A DNA stretch of 59,271 nucleotides from Verrucomicrobia bacterium UBA1319 (GTDB lineage Bacteria; Verrucomicrobiota; Verrucomicrobiia; Limisphaerales; UBA1319), in contig DBTJ01000116.1 in the NCBI GenBank assembly GCA_002306985.1, forward strand, positions 68 to 59,338. Reading direction: 5' to 3'. The stretch's first letter is position 1. The number at the start of each line of letters is the position of its first letter. Below, piece after piece: positions 10,656-19,646 of this stretch. A program made the translations under genes and the position numbers. The notes under the pieces are model-generated. The model searched no databases. It saw nothing but the letters and a program-made list of their open reading frames with translations, and was not told where the DNA came from.

Positions 10656-10718
10656 GTCAGAAAGTGCAATAAATCGGTCATTTCGTGTATGGCATAGACT
10701 TGGGCTTTGGAATAGACT
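10656..10718 (+). promoter_or_regulatory. Putative AraC-activated promoter with 21-bp-spaced direct repeats
   Basis: GTCAgaaaGTGcA (10656) and GTCAtttcGTGtA (10677) abut a weak -35 TGGCAT (10690), 17 bp before -10 TAGACT (10713); lies between divergent araC and the secreted-protein gene. Confidence 0.45.
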
Positions 10719-10885
10719 GTGGAAATACCCATGAGTTGTCAAGGCAAGGGAAAGTGTTTGCGATTGAATTGATAATCAATGCAGTTGGAATTCGATCCGA
10801 CAGGAAAACAAGGTCTTCGTTGATGGTATTCCTGTGGCCAGGATCGATGTTCCGCTAGGGACAGCTCAGGAAGACAGGACCTGAT

Positions 10886-13705
10886 ATGAACATTAAAAGA
10901 AATCTAGCGATTACGGCGATAGCCCTCACGGGCATGCTGAGCCTTCCCAGTGCTTCAGCGCAAATCACCAATACCGTCTTCTCCGAAGACTTTAGCGGCA
11001 CTACGCTCGACACGAGCAAGCTGGTTTTCCAAGACCATTCATTGGAAGGTGGAAAAGGGGATATCAATTATGCGCTCCACGATGGGGTGGTAGAGTTTAC
11101 GGGTGAAGTGACCCAGCAATGGTGGGCCGGCGCAACCTTACGGGTAGTGCCCACTTTTTCCGCGAATGCGGAAACCAATGTCATGGTCACCGTGGATCGG
11201 GTTAGCGAACTGGGAACTTTCATTGCCGGGTCCGCCACCCGCAGTTGCTTGTGGATCATGGATGCCTCGCGGACTTTCTTTGTTTTGTTCGCGGATGATC
11301 AAAATGAAACTTTTTGGGAATATAACCGCTATATCGGCCAAAGTAACGATAGTCAAACTGGTTCGGGCACTTCCATCTCTGCTTTTAGCGATGCCATGTA
11401 TCGGGATGAAGGTTTACATCAGATGAAAGCCATCGCTAACGGCAAGACGGTTAAACTGTATTTAGACGACGTATTCGGGGCTGAAGTTGCCTTTCCGTTC
11501 AGCGACTTGGTGGTTGAAATCGGCACGGGCGCGCGAGCTAAAACGGACGTCGCCGACACGACTTTTGACAATCTGGTAGTCCAAACCATTGGGGCGGCGG
11601 GTTTTTCCGATACTTCGCTGACGATGCTTTCCGGGCAAACGGTGTCCGATTTGAAAATACGCATTCCCTCCGGCCTTAATAAAACCTCTCCCGTTACGGT
11701 GCGAGTGGTCACTAGCGATCCAACGATCGCAGTACCGGTCGGTGCTTCGGGAGATACGCTGGCGGTCACCTTCGCGGCCGGAGCCTCGAACGAAAAATCC
11801 ATTAGCGTTAAATCGGTGGGTTCAATCGGTGAAGCTCAGTTAACTTTGGCCAATGATATCGGCCTCGCTAGCGCCAATTCAGTCACTATATTGGTGCAAG
11901 AGGGGGCGGGAGTTCAGTTTTCTGACGACTTTTCGGGTTCGGCTATCGATACCACGAAATGGACTACCAGTGATCTAGGTTTTGAAGTTGGCTATGGCAC
12001 CTTTACGGCGGAACAGACCGGGGGGCAGTTGGTATTAAGCGGCAGTCTCGATCTGAGCGCCTATTGGGGTGGCTATTCTTTGAATTCAGTTAAAACCTTC
12101 ACTGCCAGTCCTGAATTACCGCTCGTTTTTGAAATGGATCGCGTTTCCATCGATCCCACCATGGCCGATGGCAGCGGGCCTAGTACGGCTGCGCGCACGG
12201 GCGTTTTCGTGAAAAACGGGGATCGTGGAAACTATTTCTTCTTTGGCCAAAATGCTTGGGAAACCGGTTGGGAATACAATCTGAATGCAACCGGCGGCGG
12301 GAATAGTGTCGCGGCGTTCTCGGCGATTACGAATACGGGGTTGCACCACATAAAATTAGTGGCCGACGGCTCCAGTATTAAGATGTATCTCGATGAAATA
12401 TATGGCGGGTCGGTAGCCTATGCGGTTCGTTCGGGCATTCAATTTGAAGTGGGCGTCTATGCGCGCGCTTTAGGCGATGCGGTTAAAGGCGTTTTTGATA
12501 ACGTCACAGTGCAGCATAATTACTCCACCGTCCAAGTCTCGCCCACGAGCATAAATGCCCTAGCCAATGTGAATACCAACACGGTCACCGTGACCGTGCC
12601 GAGACTTTTGGTGGCGAATAAAGCGATGAATGTGACGGTCACCAGCCTGAATCCCAGCGTGGCGATTCCGGCGGGAGCGGTGAACGGCGCTCTGACGTTG
12701 ACCTTTGCGGCCGGGAGCACGAATGTTCAGACTTTCCAAGTCAATGCGTTGGCCAAAGGCACTACTTCACTCACCTTTACCAACGACCAATCACTGGCGA
12801 CGGATAGCCATGTCGAAGTCACGGTTTTGCCCACGCCCAAGGCAATATTTACGGATGACTTTTCGGCGTCGACATTAGACACCAGTAAGTGGAAGCTGGA
12901 TTCCACGCCACTCGTAGCCACGGGCACACTCACCAATTCCAGCGTGTATATCACCAACGGAGTTTTGAAGATGGATATCACTTGCTTGACTTCCGATTGG
13001 TCGGGTATGGCGATCTTTACCATGGCTTCCTATGCCGCGAGCGAAAACTCGCCGGTGGATTTTGAAGTGGATCGCACCAAGTTGGAATACGATTTGGGTG
13101 GTGGCACGGGCACCTTGGAGCGAACGGGTGTGTGGGTCAAAGATGGCACCACCAACTATGTGTTTTTCAATTTCCTGGACAACCATGACGCGTCCACCGT
13201 GGGTGGTTGGCAATACAATGCGGTGGTCGGCGCCGCGGGCGATATTGCCCTGCCGAGCTCGGGCACGGTTATGTCCCCCTTAACCGGGACCTCGTTCCTG
13301 GATCGGGGCAATCATCACTTGAAAGTGCAAGTCAATGGCAAGGAAGCCAAGCTCTACGTGGATGGTGTTTTCGGCGCGGCCGCACCCTTCCCGTTTGCCA
13401 CGGGCATCATCTTTGGGGTGGGTTCCTATGTGAATTACGCGAACGACAACGGCGGCACCGTCCGGGGCTATTTCGATAACGTCGCGATCAGCACCTATGC
13501 GTCGGATTCAACCCTCGGGTCTCTGTCGGTTACCAAACAAACGAATGGGGATCTGCTCATCTCGTGGACGGGCGCGGGCACGCTTCAGTCCAGTTCGGCG
13601 CTGCCGGGCAATTGGAGCGCGGTCACTCCCGCCCCGACGGGCAAATCTTACACTGTGTCCGCTTCAGCCTTGAAGGGGCAATGGTTCTTCCGGTTAAGCC
13701 AATAA
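10886..13705 (+). CDS. Secreted beta-rich repeat protein (three ConA/lectin-like modules, Ig-like spacers, Verrucomicrobia-type C-terminal sorting domain)
   Basis: Signal peptide; three modules starting FSEDFSGTTLDTSK / FSDDFSGSAIDTTKW / FTDDFSASTLDTSKW; C-terminus LLISWTGAGTLQSS...W...FFRLSQ. Confidence 0.75.
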   Translation: MNIKRNLAITAIALTGMLSLPSASAQITNTVFSEDFSGTTLDTSKLVFQDHSLEGGKGDINYALHDGVVEFTGEVTQQWWAGATLRVVPTFSANAETNVMVTVDRVSELGTFIAGSATRSCLWIMDASRTFFVLFADDQNETFWEYNRYIGQSNDSQTGSGTSISAFSDAMYRDEGLHQMKAIANGKTVKLYLDDVFGAEVAFPFSDLVVEIGTGARAKTDVADTTFDNLVVQTIGAAGFSDTSLTMLSGQTVSDLKIRIPSGLNKTSPVTVRVVTSDPTIAVPVGASGDTLAVTFAAGASNEKSISVKSVGSIGEAQLTLANDIGLASANSVTILVQEGAGVQFSDDFSGSAIDTTKWTTSDLGFEVGYGTFTAEQTGGQLVLSGSLDLSAYWGGYSLNSVKTFTASPELPLVFEMDRVSIDPTMADGSGPSTAARTGVFVKNGDRGNYFFFGQNAWETGWEYNLNATGGGNSVAAFSAITNTGLHHIKLVADGSSIKMYLDEIYGGSVAYAVRSGIQFEVGVYARALGDAVKGVFDNVTVQHNYSTVQVSPTSINALANVNTNTVTVTVPRLLVANKAMNVTVTSLNPSVAIPAGAVNGALTLTFAAGSTNVQTFQVNALAKGTTSLTFTNDQSLATDSHVEVTVLPTPKAIFTDDFSASTLDTSKWKLDSTPLVATGTLTNSSVYITNGVLKMDITCLTSDWSGMAIFTMASYAASENSPVDFEVDRTKLEYDLGGGTGTLERTGVWVKDGTTNYVFFNFLDNHDASTVGGWQYNAVVGAAGDIALPSSGTVMSPLTGTSFLDRGNHHLKVQVNGKEAKLYVDGVFGAAAPFPFATGIIFGVGSYVNYANDNGGTVRGYFDNVAISTYASDSTLGSLSVTKQTNGDLLISWTGAGTLQSSSALPGNWSAVTPAPTGKSYTVSASALKGQWFFRLSQ

Positions 13706-13754
13706 CCCTATTGGTTGATCGGGACATTACCTTGCTAAGCAGGTAATTCTGGGT

Positions 13755-13795
13755 AGCTGGCAGCTTGTTTCGGCAGGCTGCCAGTTTTGTTTTTT
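13755..13795 (+). terminator. Rho-independent terminator
   Basis: ctggcagcttg / caggctgccag stem followed by ttttgtttttt, ~50 nt after the stop at 13705. Confidence 0.8.
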
Positions 13796-13985
13796 GGGAA
13801 AGCCCCCTCGCTCAGGTTCAAATGATGAAAAGGATCCTCGCGGTGGGAACAAGGGTCCGATATCCGCTCGAGTTTCGCCGCGCCGCCGGCGCCCCCTTCC
13901 ACAATTTTCGCGGCCCGAAAAAATGGAGATATTTGATTGGATGTTTTGCTTTCTTGCCTCAAAATACGAGGTATCCAAATCATCC

Positions 13986-16900
13986 ATGCGCGGACCTTTT
14001 ATTATCTTGGCCTTGCTGTGTCTGGTGGCAACGGTAGCAGCTGACGTCGCAACGTTGACCTGGGAACAAGCGGCAGGCTACCGATGGCGGACGCTGGCCA
14101 TATCTCCGGATGGAAAGGATGGGTTTTCCGAACTTGACCCCGCGCGAACGGGCATTTTATTCACCAATTGGCTGCCCGAGGCGCGATATTTGACTAATCA
14201 GATCCTACTCAATGGTTCCGGCGTAGCGGCGGGGGATATTGATGGTGATGGTTGGTGCGATTTGTTTTTCTGTGGTATCGACGCGCCTTCGGCGTTGTAT
14301 CGCAACCTGGGTGGATGGAAGTTTCAAGATATCACCAAAGAAGCAGGGGTAAGTTGCGCTGGGCAGCCATCCAGTGGCGCGGTATTTGCCGATGTTAATG
14401 GCGATGGGAAACTCGATTTGCTGGTCAATGGGGTTGGCGCCGGCACCCGGCTATTCCTCAACCAGGGGAAAGGCCGTTTTAAAGAAGCAACCGCTGAATG
14501 GGGTTTGCTTGGAAACTCGGGTAGCTCCTCGCTTGCTTTGGCTGATATCGATGGCGATGGTTATTTGGATCTCTATGTGGCCAATTACCGAACCACCACT
14601 TTCCGGGATGAGTTGAACCTCAAATTCAAAGCGTCCGTCACCAATAATCATTACGAAATATTAGCCGTCAATGGACGTCCCGTGACCGAACCGGATTTGG
14701 TGGGTCGCTATCTGGTTGATCCGGTGATGGGCATATTGGAAAATGGCGAGGCGCACGTTTTATACCATAATGATGGAGGGGGAAAATATGCGCCTTTGAG
14801 TTGGACGAACGGAACATTCCTGGATGAAGACGGCCAGCCATCAAAGGTGCCTTATGATTGGGGGTTATCGGTCATGTTCCGGGATTTGAATGGCGATGGG
14901 GCCCCCGATATTTATGTGTGCAATGATTTTCATTCCCCCGACCGCATTTGGATAAACGATGGCCATGGCCGGTTTCGAGCGATCGCGCGCCTGGCGATTC
15001 GGCAGACCAGCATTTTTTCCATGGGATTGGATATTGCCGATGTGGATCGCGATGGGTTCGATGATATTTTCGTCGCGGACATGCTTAGCCGCAAGCACGC
15101 TTCTCGACATGTCCAGTTGATGGATCGGCGGGCGGTCCAATTCCCCCCGGGCCTGATCGATAATCGGCCCCAACAGTCGCGCAATACCTTGTTGTGGAAT
15201 CGAGGGGATGGGACGTATGCGGAAATCGCCCAATCCGCGGGTCTGGAAGCCTCCGAATGGACCTGGTGTCCGGTGTTCATGGATGTCGATTTGGACGGTT
15301 ATGAGGATTTGCTCTGTGTGACGGGGCATTTGCGCGATGCCCAAAATATCGACATTGCCCGGCGTATCGAGGCCATGGGCAAGGAAAAGCGCCGGTCGCG
15401 GCTCGAACAATTGAGTTTGCGAAAAATGTTCACTAGACTCGAGATCCCCAACTTGGCCTTTCGCAACCGGGGGGATCTTTCCTTCGAGGAATGCGGTTCA
15501 AAATGGGGTTTTGATTCCAAGAAGGTATCGCAGGGCATTGCGTTGGCCGATTTGGATAACGATGGGGCCTTGGACGTGGTGGTGAATTGCTTGGATGATG
15601 GCCCGCTCATCCTGCGCAACCTTTCAAATCATCCGCGTGTGGCGGTGCGTTTGCGTGGCTTGCCCCCTAATACGAGCGGCATTGGCGCTAAAATCAAGGT
15701 GAGCCAATCGGGACTGCCGACGCAAAGCCAGGAAATCTTGTGTGGCGGACGCTATTTATCCGGCGACGAGGCGATGCGCGTCTTTGCCGCCGCCCATGCC
15801 GATAGCGAATTAACGATTGAAGTGAGCTGGCGTAGCGGGCGGCGCAGTGTGATTGCCGGAGCCCGGGCGAATCGGCTTTATGAAATCGACGAAACCCAAG
15901 CGAAGCAGGAGGTGGCTAAACCCGCAAAACCCGGCCCTCCCTGGTTTGCCAGTCTCGGAGAGAAAATGCCCCACGTCCACGTGGAAAATGAATACGACGA
16001 TTTCCACCGCCAGCCATTGTTGCCGCATAGCCTTAGCCAATTAGGGCCGGGGGTGGGCTGGTTCGATCTGGATGGCGATGGTTGGGAAGATTTGATGATT
16101 GGCAGTGGCGCCGGGGGGCGATTGGCCGTGTTTCGTAATGATACCAAAGGCGGCCTGATATCTTGGAACACGCCCCTATTGGACACGAAAGTGGCGCATG
16201 ATCAGACGGCGGTGGTGGGTTGGTTGGACGCAGCTGGAAAACCCATGATTTTGGCGGGCTCGTCCAATTATGAAGAAGGGCTTTCCCATGATCCGGCGGT
16301 GCTGGCTTACAACCTTTCGGGGCAAAGCATCGATTGCGTTATGGCGGGGCAGGCGGCCAGCATTGGGCCGCTGGCGTTGGCGGATTTGGATGGCCATGGA
16401 CAAATGGTGGTTTTTGCCGGGGGGCGCGTGTTACCTGGTGGATTCCCCGAACCTGTGGCTTCCCGGATTTTACGTCCGCAATCCGGACAATTCCAAATCG
16501 ATGAAAAGTGCGGCGCGGCTTTGGCGCAAGCGGGTCTCGTCAGTGGCGCGGTATGGAGTGATCTGGATGGCGATGGCGTTCCGGAGTTGATTCTGGCCTG
16601 CGAGGCCGGGCCAATTCGTGTGTTTCATTATGATCGTGGCGAACTGCGTGAGATCACTCAATCGCTCGGCTTAAGCGGGTACGCCGGGCTTTGGAATAGC
16701 GTGGCCACGGGCGATTTCGATGGTGATGGCCGCCTGGATATCGTGGCTGGCAACTGGGGGCGCAACACTCGCTACCAATCCCATCAACCCATCCACTGGT
16801 ACTATGGGGATTTGGATGGCGATGGTACCCGCAAAGTGGTGGAGGCTTATGCCGATGCGGATTTGAAGAAAATCGTTCCTCTCCGGGATTGGGGCATCCT

Positions 16901-17675
16901 GTCAGCGGCCATGCCCTTTATTAAGGAGCGTTATCAGAATTATACCGAATTCAGCACGGCGGGGGTCGCGGAAATACTAGGGGACCGCCTGGCGGAGATG
17001 CGCGATCTGCCCCTAAACACCTTCGATAGCATGGTATTTATGAACCGCGGCGGCCGATTCGAGGCTAAAGCCTTGCCCGGCGAGGCCCAGTTTTCTCCCA
17101 TCTTTGGCCTGGTTGTGGCTGACTTTGACGGGGATGGAAACGAGGACCTAATCGCGGTCCAAAATTTCTTCGAGTTGCCGCCGCAGGTTTCGCGGTTGGA
17201 TGGTGGCCGGGGAGTTTTGCTGCAAGGCGATGGCCAGGGAGGTTTTAAGGTGGTGCCCGGGCAGAACAGCGGGCTGGCCGTGTATGGTGAAGGACGCGGG
17301 GCGGCGGTCTGCGATTTTGATCATGATGGGCGCGCCGATATTGTCGTCGCGCAAAATGGCAACGCTACCCAAGTATATCGAAATAGGGGAGCCAAAGTGG
17401 GGTTGCGAGTCCGGTTGCAGGGCGACACGGGCAATCCGGCGGGCATTGGAGCGGTTTTGCGACTGCGCTATCGTGAGGGCCGGTTGGGTCCCGCGCGCGA
17501 GCTGCATGCGGGCAGCGGTTATTGGTCCCAAGATGCGGCGACTCAAGTGCTCGGCCTGGGAGGTGAATGCGAGGCGGTCATCACCCGCTGGCCGGGCGGA
17601 AAAACCACCCAAACTCCAGTTCCCGCCGGAGCGCGCGAGGTTGGCGTAAAACTCGGAAGCGCCACCGAACCTTGA
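13986..17675 (+). CDS. Large duplicated FG-GAP/VCBS + ASPIC/UnbV (CRTAC1-family) secreted protein
   Basis: Start moved to MRGPFIILALL (signal peptide). Many DxDGDG loops and two UnbV-like domains (NTSGIGAKI...GGRYLSG; NPAGIGAVL...GSGYWSQD). Confidence 0.85.
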   Translation: MRGPFIILALLCLVATVAADVATLTWEQAAGYRWRTLAISPDGKDGFSELDPARTGILFTNWLPEARYLTNQILLNGSGVAAGDIDGDGWCDLFFCGIDAPSALYRNLGGWKFQDITKEAGVSCAGQPSSGAVFADVNGDGKLDLLVNGVGAGTRLFLNQGKGRFKEATAEWGLLGNSGSSSLALADIDGDGYLDLYVANYRTTTFRDELNLKFKASVTNNHYEILAVNGRPVTEPDLVGRYLVDPVMGILENGEAHVLYHNDGGGKYAPLSWTNGTFLDEDGQPSKVPYDWGLSVMFRDLNGDGAPDIYVCNDFHSPDRIWINDGHGRFRAIARLAIRQTSIFSMGLDIADVDRDGFDDIFVADMLSRKHASRHVQLMDRRAVQFPPGLIDNRPQQSRNTLLWNRGDGTYAEIAQSAGLEASEWTWCPVFMDVDLDGYEDLLCVTGHLRDAQNIDIARRIEAMGKEKRRSRLEQLSLRKMFTRLEIPNLAFRNRGDLSFEECGSKWGFDSKKVSQGIALADLDNDGALDVVVNCLDDGPLILRNLSNHPRVAVRLRGLPPNTSGIGAKIKVSQSGLPTQSQEILCGGRYLSGDEAMRVFAAAHADSELTIEVSWRSGRRSVIAGARANRLYEIDETQAKQEVAKPAKPGPPWFASLGEKMPHVHVENEYDDFHRQPLLPHSLSQLGPGVGWFDLDGDGWEDLMIGSGAGGRLAVFRNDTKGGLISWNTPLLDTKVAHDQTAVVGWLDAAGKPMILAGSSNYEEGLSHDPAVLAYNLSGQSIDCVMAGQAASIGPLALADLDGHGQMVVFAGGRVLPGGFPEPVASRILRPQSGQFQIDEKCGAALAQAGLVSGAVWSDLDGDGVPELILACEAGPIRVFHYDRGELREITQSLGLSGYAGLWNSVATGDFDGDGRLDIVAGNWGRNTRYQSHQPIHWYYGDLDGDGTRKVVEAYADADLKKIVPLRDWGILSAAMPFIKERYQNYTEFSTAGVAEILGDRLAEMRDLPLNTFDSMVFMNRGGRFEAKALPGEAQFSPIFGLVVADFDGDGNEDLIAVQNFFELPPQVSRLDGGRGVLLQGDGQGGFKVVPGQNSGLAVYGEGRGAAVCDFDHDGRADIVVAQNGNATQVYRNRGAKVGLRVRLQGDTGNPAGIGAVLRLRYREGRLGPARELHAGSGYWSQDAATQVLGLGGECEAVITRWPGGKTTQTPVPAGAREVGVKLGSATEP

Positions 17676-17843
17676 AAAACTGTGGATTCAATCATTCGAC
17701 TGTAAACATTGGTGGTCGCTTCGATTCCGGGATTTACAAGAAAAGGGAAATCCCCCAATATCCGGGCCATGCTTTCCCGACGGCCTAAAGATGACATGGA
17801 TAACAAACTAACCAGCGAGTGTAACCCGCAATCGTCCCAGGGT

Positions 17844-19622
17844 ATGGATTCTAGTCTTTTCGCTATGTTTGCGCATCAACGCCGGCTGGGAATTCGCGTC
17901 GATAGTGCCCGCGCCCGCCAGGTTCCCGCCTGGATTATGTTGAGCGTCCTACTGGCGGCTTTGCCTTTGGCTTGCACGCGGAATCCGCCCGAAAAAACCA
18001 AGGATTCCGCGGAATCCACCGAAACCAGTGAACCCAAGAAATTCGAATTTTCAGTCACCCCTCCCATCGTGGCGGGGAAAGCGGACATTTTTGAAGACGT
18101 GACCGACAAAGCGGGTATTCGATTCGTTCAGCAATACTGTGACGAGCGCATCTCGAATATTCTCGAATCCAACGGTACGGGCGCCGCCATTTTGGATTTT
18201 GACAAGGATGGCTTGATGGATATTTACATCGTTAATCCAGGGCCGCTGGACGGAGTGACGCACCATAAGGAGGGAACCCAACGCGAACCGAATCGATTGT
18301 ATCGCAACCGGGGAGATGGCACGTTCGAAGAGGTCACGGAAAAGGCGGGAGTGGCAGGTTCGGGCTATAGCATCGCCGTGGCGGTTGGCGATTATGACAA
18401 TGATGGCTACCCGGACATCTATGTGGTCAACGCCGGCAAAAACATCCTTTATCACAACCGTGGTAATGGCATTTTTGAGGATGTCACCGACAAAGCCGGC
18501 GTGGGAGACAAGGGCACGGGCATCGGCGCGACTTGGGTGGATGTTGATGGCGATGGCAAACTAGATTTGTTGGTGGCCAATTATTTGACCTACGATCCGA
18601 ATTACAAACAGTACTTTAATCCCGATGCCTATCCTGGGCCGCTATCCTATAAGCCGGAACTCAACGTGCTGTATCGGAACAAAGGCGATGGTACGTTCGA
18701 GGATATTAGCGAAAAGGCGGGAATCAAGCTGCCTGGGCACCGGGCTATGTCCGTATGCGCGTTCGATTATAACGGGGATGGCGCCCCCGATATTTACCTC
18801 TGTAACGATGCGACGCCCAACATGCTATTGTTGAACGACGGTAAAGGCCACTTTCAGGACATTGGGCTCAAGGCGCAGGTGGCGTTCAACGCTTTGGGCG
18901 AGGCGGCCGGTTCCATGACCGCCACGATCGGTGACTGCAACGGGGATTTGTTGCCCGACATTTTGGTTTCGCGTTTGGGATACGGCTCGCTTTACATGGG
19001 CGCGAGCAATGGAGTTTGCGAAGATCGCATGATGGCTTCCGGAATTGGGCCATTAACCGCCCAATATGTGGGTTGGGGCAGTAATTTTATCGATTACGAC
19101 AACGATGGCAATTTAGACGCGTTTATCGCCAACGGTGACGCGCATCATATGGTGGGCTGGGAAAGCCTGCTGCTGCGCAACCAGGGCAATGGCACCTTTG
19201 AGGATGCCGCCGAAAAAGGCGGCGCTTATTTCAAAACGAAAATCCGCGCCCGGGGCAGTTACATCTTGGATTACGATAACGATGGCCGGATGGATGTGCT
19301 GGTGACGGCGATGGGAGATCGCGTCTTTCTCCTGCATAATCGGGACGCGTCCGGGAACCATTGGCTGACCCTGAGTTTGGAAGGAACCCAGAGCAATCGC
19401 GATGGCTTCGGGGCGCGTATTAAAATCGTCGCTGGTGGCAAAGCGCATGGCGCCGAAGCGCGCTGCCAGGCGGGTTTTCTGGGGACCTCGGATCCGCGCG
19501 TCCATTTCGGATTGGGATCGGCGAAAACCATCGATTCAATCGAGATTCACTGGCCGAGTGGCGCAATTCAGACCCTGAAAAACGTGGCGGCCGACCAAAT
19601 ATTAAAAATTAAGGAATCCTAA
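17844..19622 (+). CDS. CRTAC1-family (FG-GAP + ASPIC/UnbV) protein, probable lipoprotein
   Basis: LPLAC lipobox-like motif, NRLYRNRGDGTFEEVT repeats, SNRDGFGARI...VHFGLG C-terminal UnbV domain. The exact start is uncertain. Confidence 0.88.
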   Translation: MDSSLFAMFAHQRRLGIRVDSARARQVPAWIMLSVLLAALPLACTRNPPEKTKDSAESTETSEPKKFEFSVTPPIVAGKADIFEDVTDKAGIRFVQQYCDERISNILESNGTGAAILDFDKDGLMDIYIVNPGPLDGVTHHKEGTQREPNRLYRNRGDGTFEEVTEKAGVAGSGYSIAVAVGDYDNDGYPDIYVVNAGKNILYHNRGNGIFEDVTDKAGVGDKGTGIGATWVDVDGDGKLDLLVANYLTYDPNYKQYFNPDAYPGPLSYKPELNVLYRNKGDGTFEDISEKAGIKLPGHRAMSVCAFDYNGDGAPDIYLCNDATPNMLLLNDGKGHFQDIGLKAQVAFNALGEAAGSMTATIGDCNGDLLPDILVSRLGYGSLYMGASNGVCEDRMMASGIGPLTAQYVGWGSNFIDYDNDGNLDAFIANGDAHHMVGWESLLLRNQGNGTFEDAAEKGGAYFKTKIRARGSYILDYDNDGRMDVLVTAMGDRVFLLHNRDASGNHWLTLSLEGTQSNRDGFGARIKIVAGGKAHGAEARCQAGFLGTSDPRVHFGLGSAKTIDSIEIHWPSGAIQTLKNVAADQILKIKES

Positions 19623-19646
19623 ACCGAACACCTAAAGCCAAGAACC

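Noticed and set aside
10769-10779. TTGATAATCAA palindrome as a Fur box
   Set aside because: Too short and only a partial match; it cannot be distinguished from a generic AT-rich site.
6323-19622. Enediyne biosynthetic cluster suggested by UnbV domains
   Set aside because: No PKS or thioesterase genes; UnbV/CRTAC1 proteins are abundant in PVC genomes.
13986-19622. Recurring gatggcgatgg-like DNA repeats as CRISPR or DGR repeats
   Set aside because: They are the coding footprint of DxDGDG loops, irregularly spaced, with no cas or reverse transcriptase genes.
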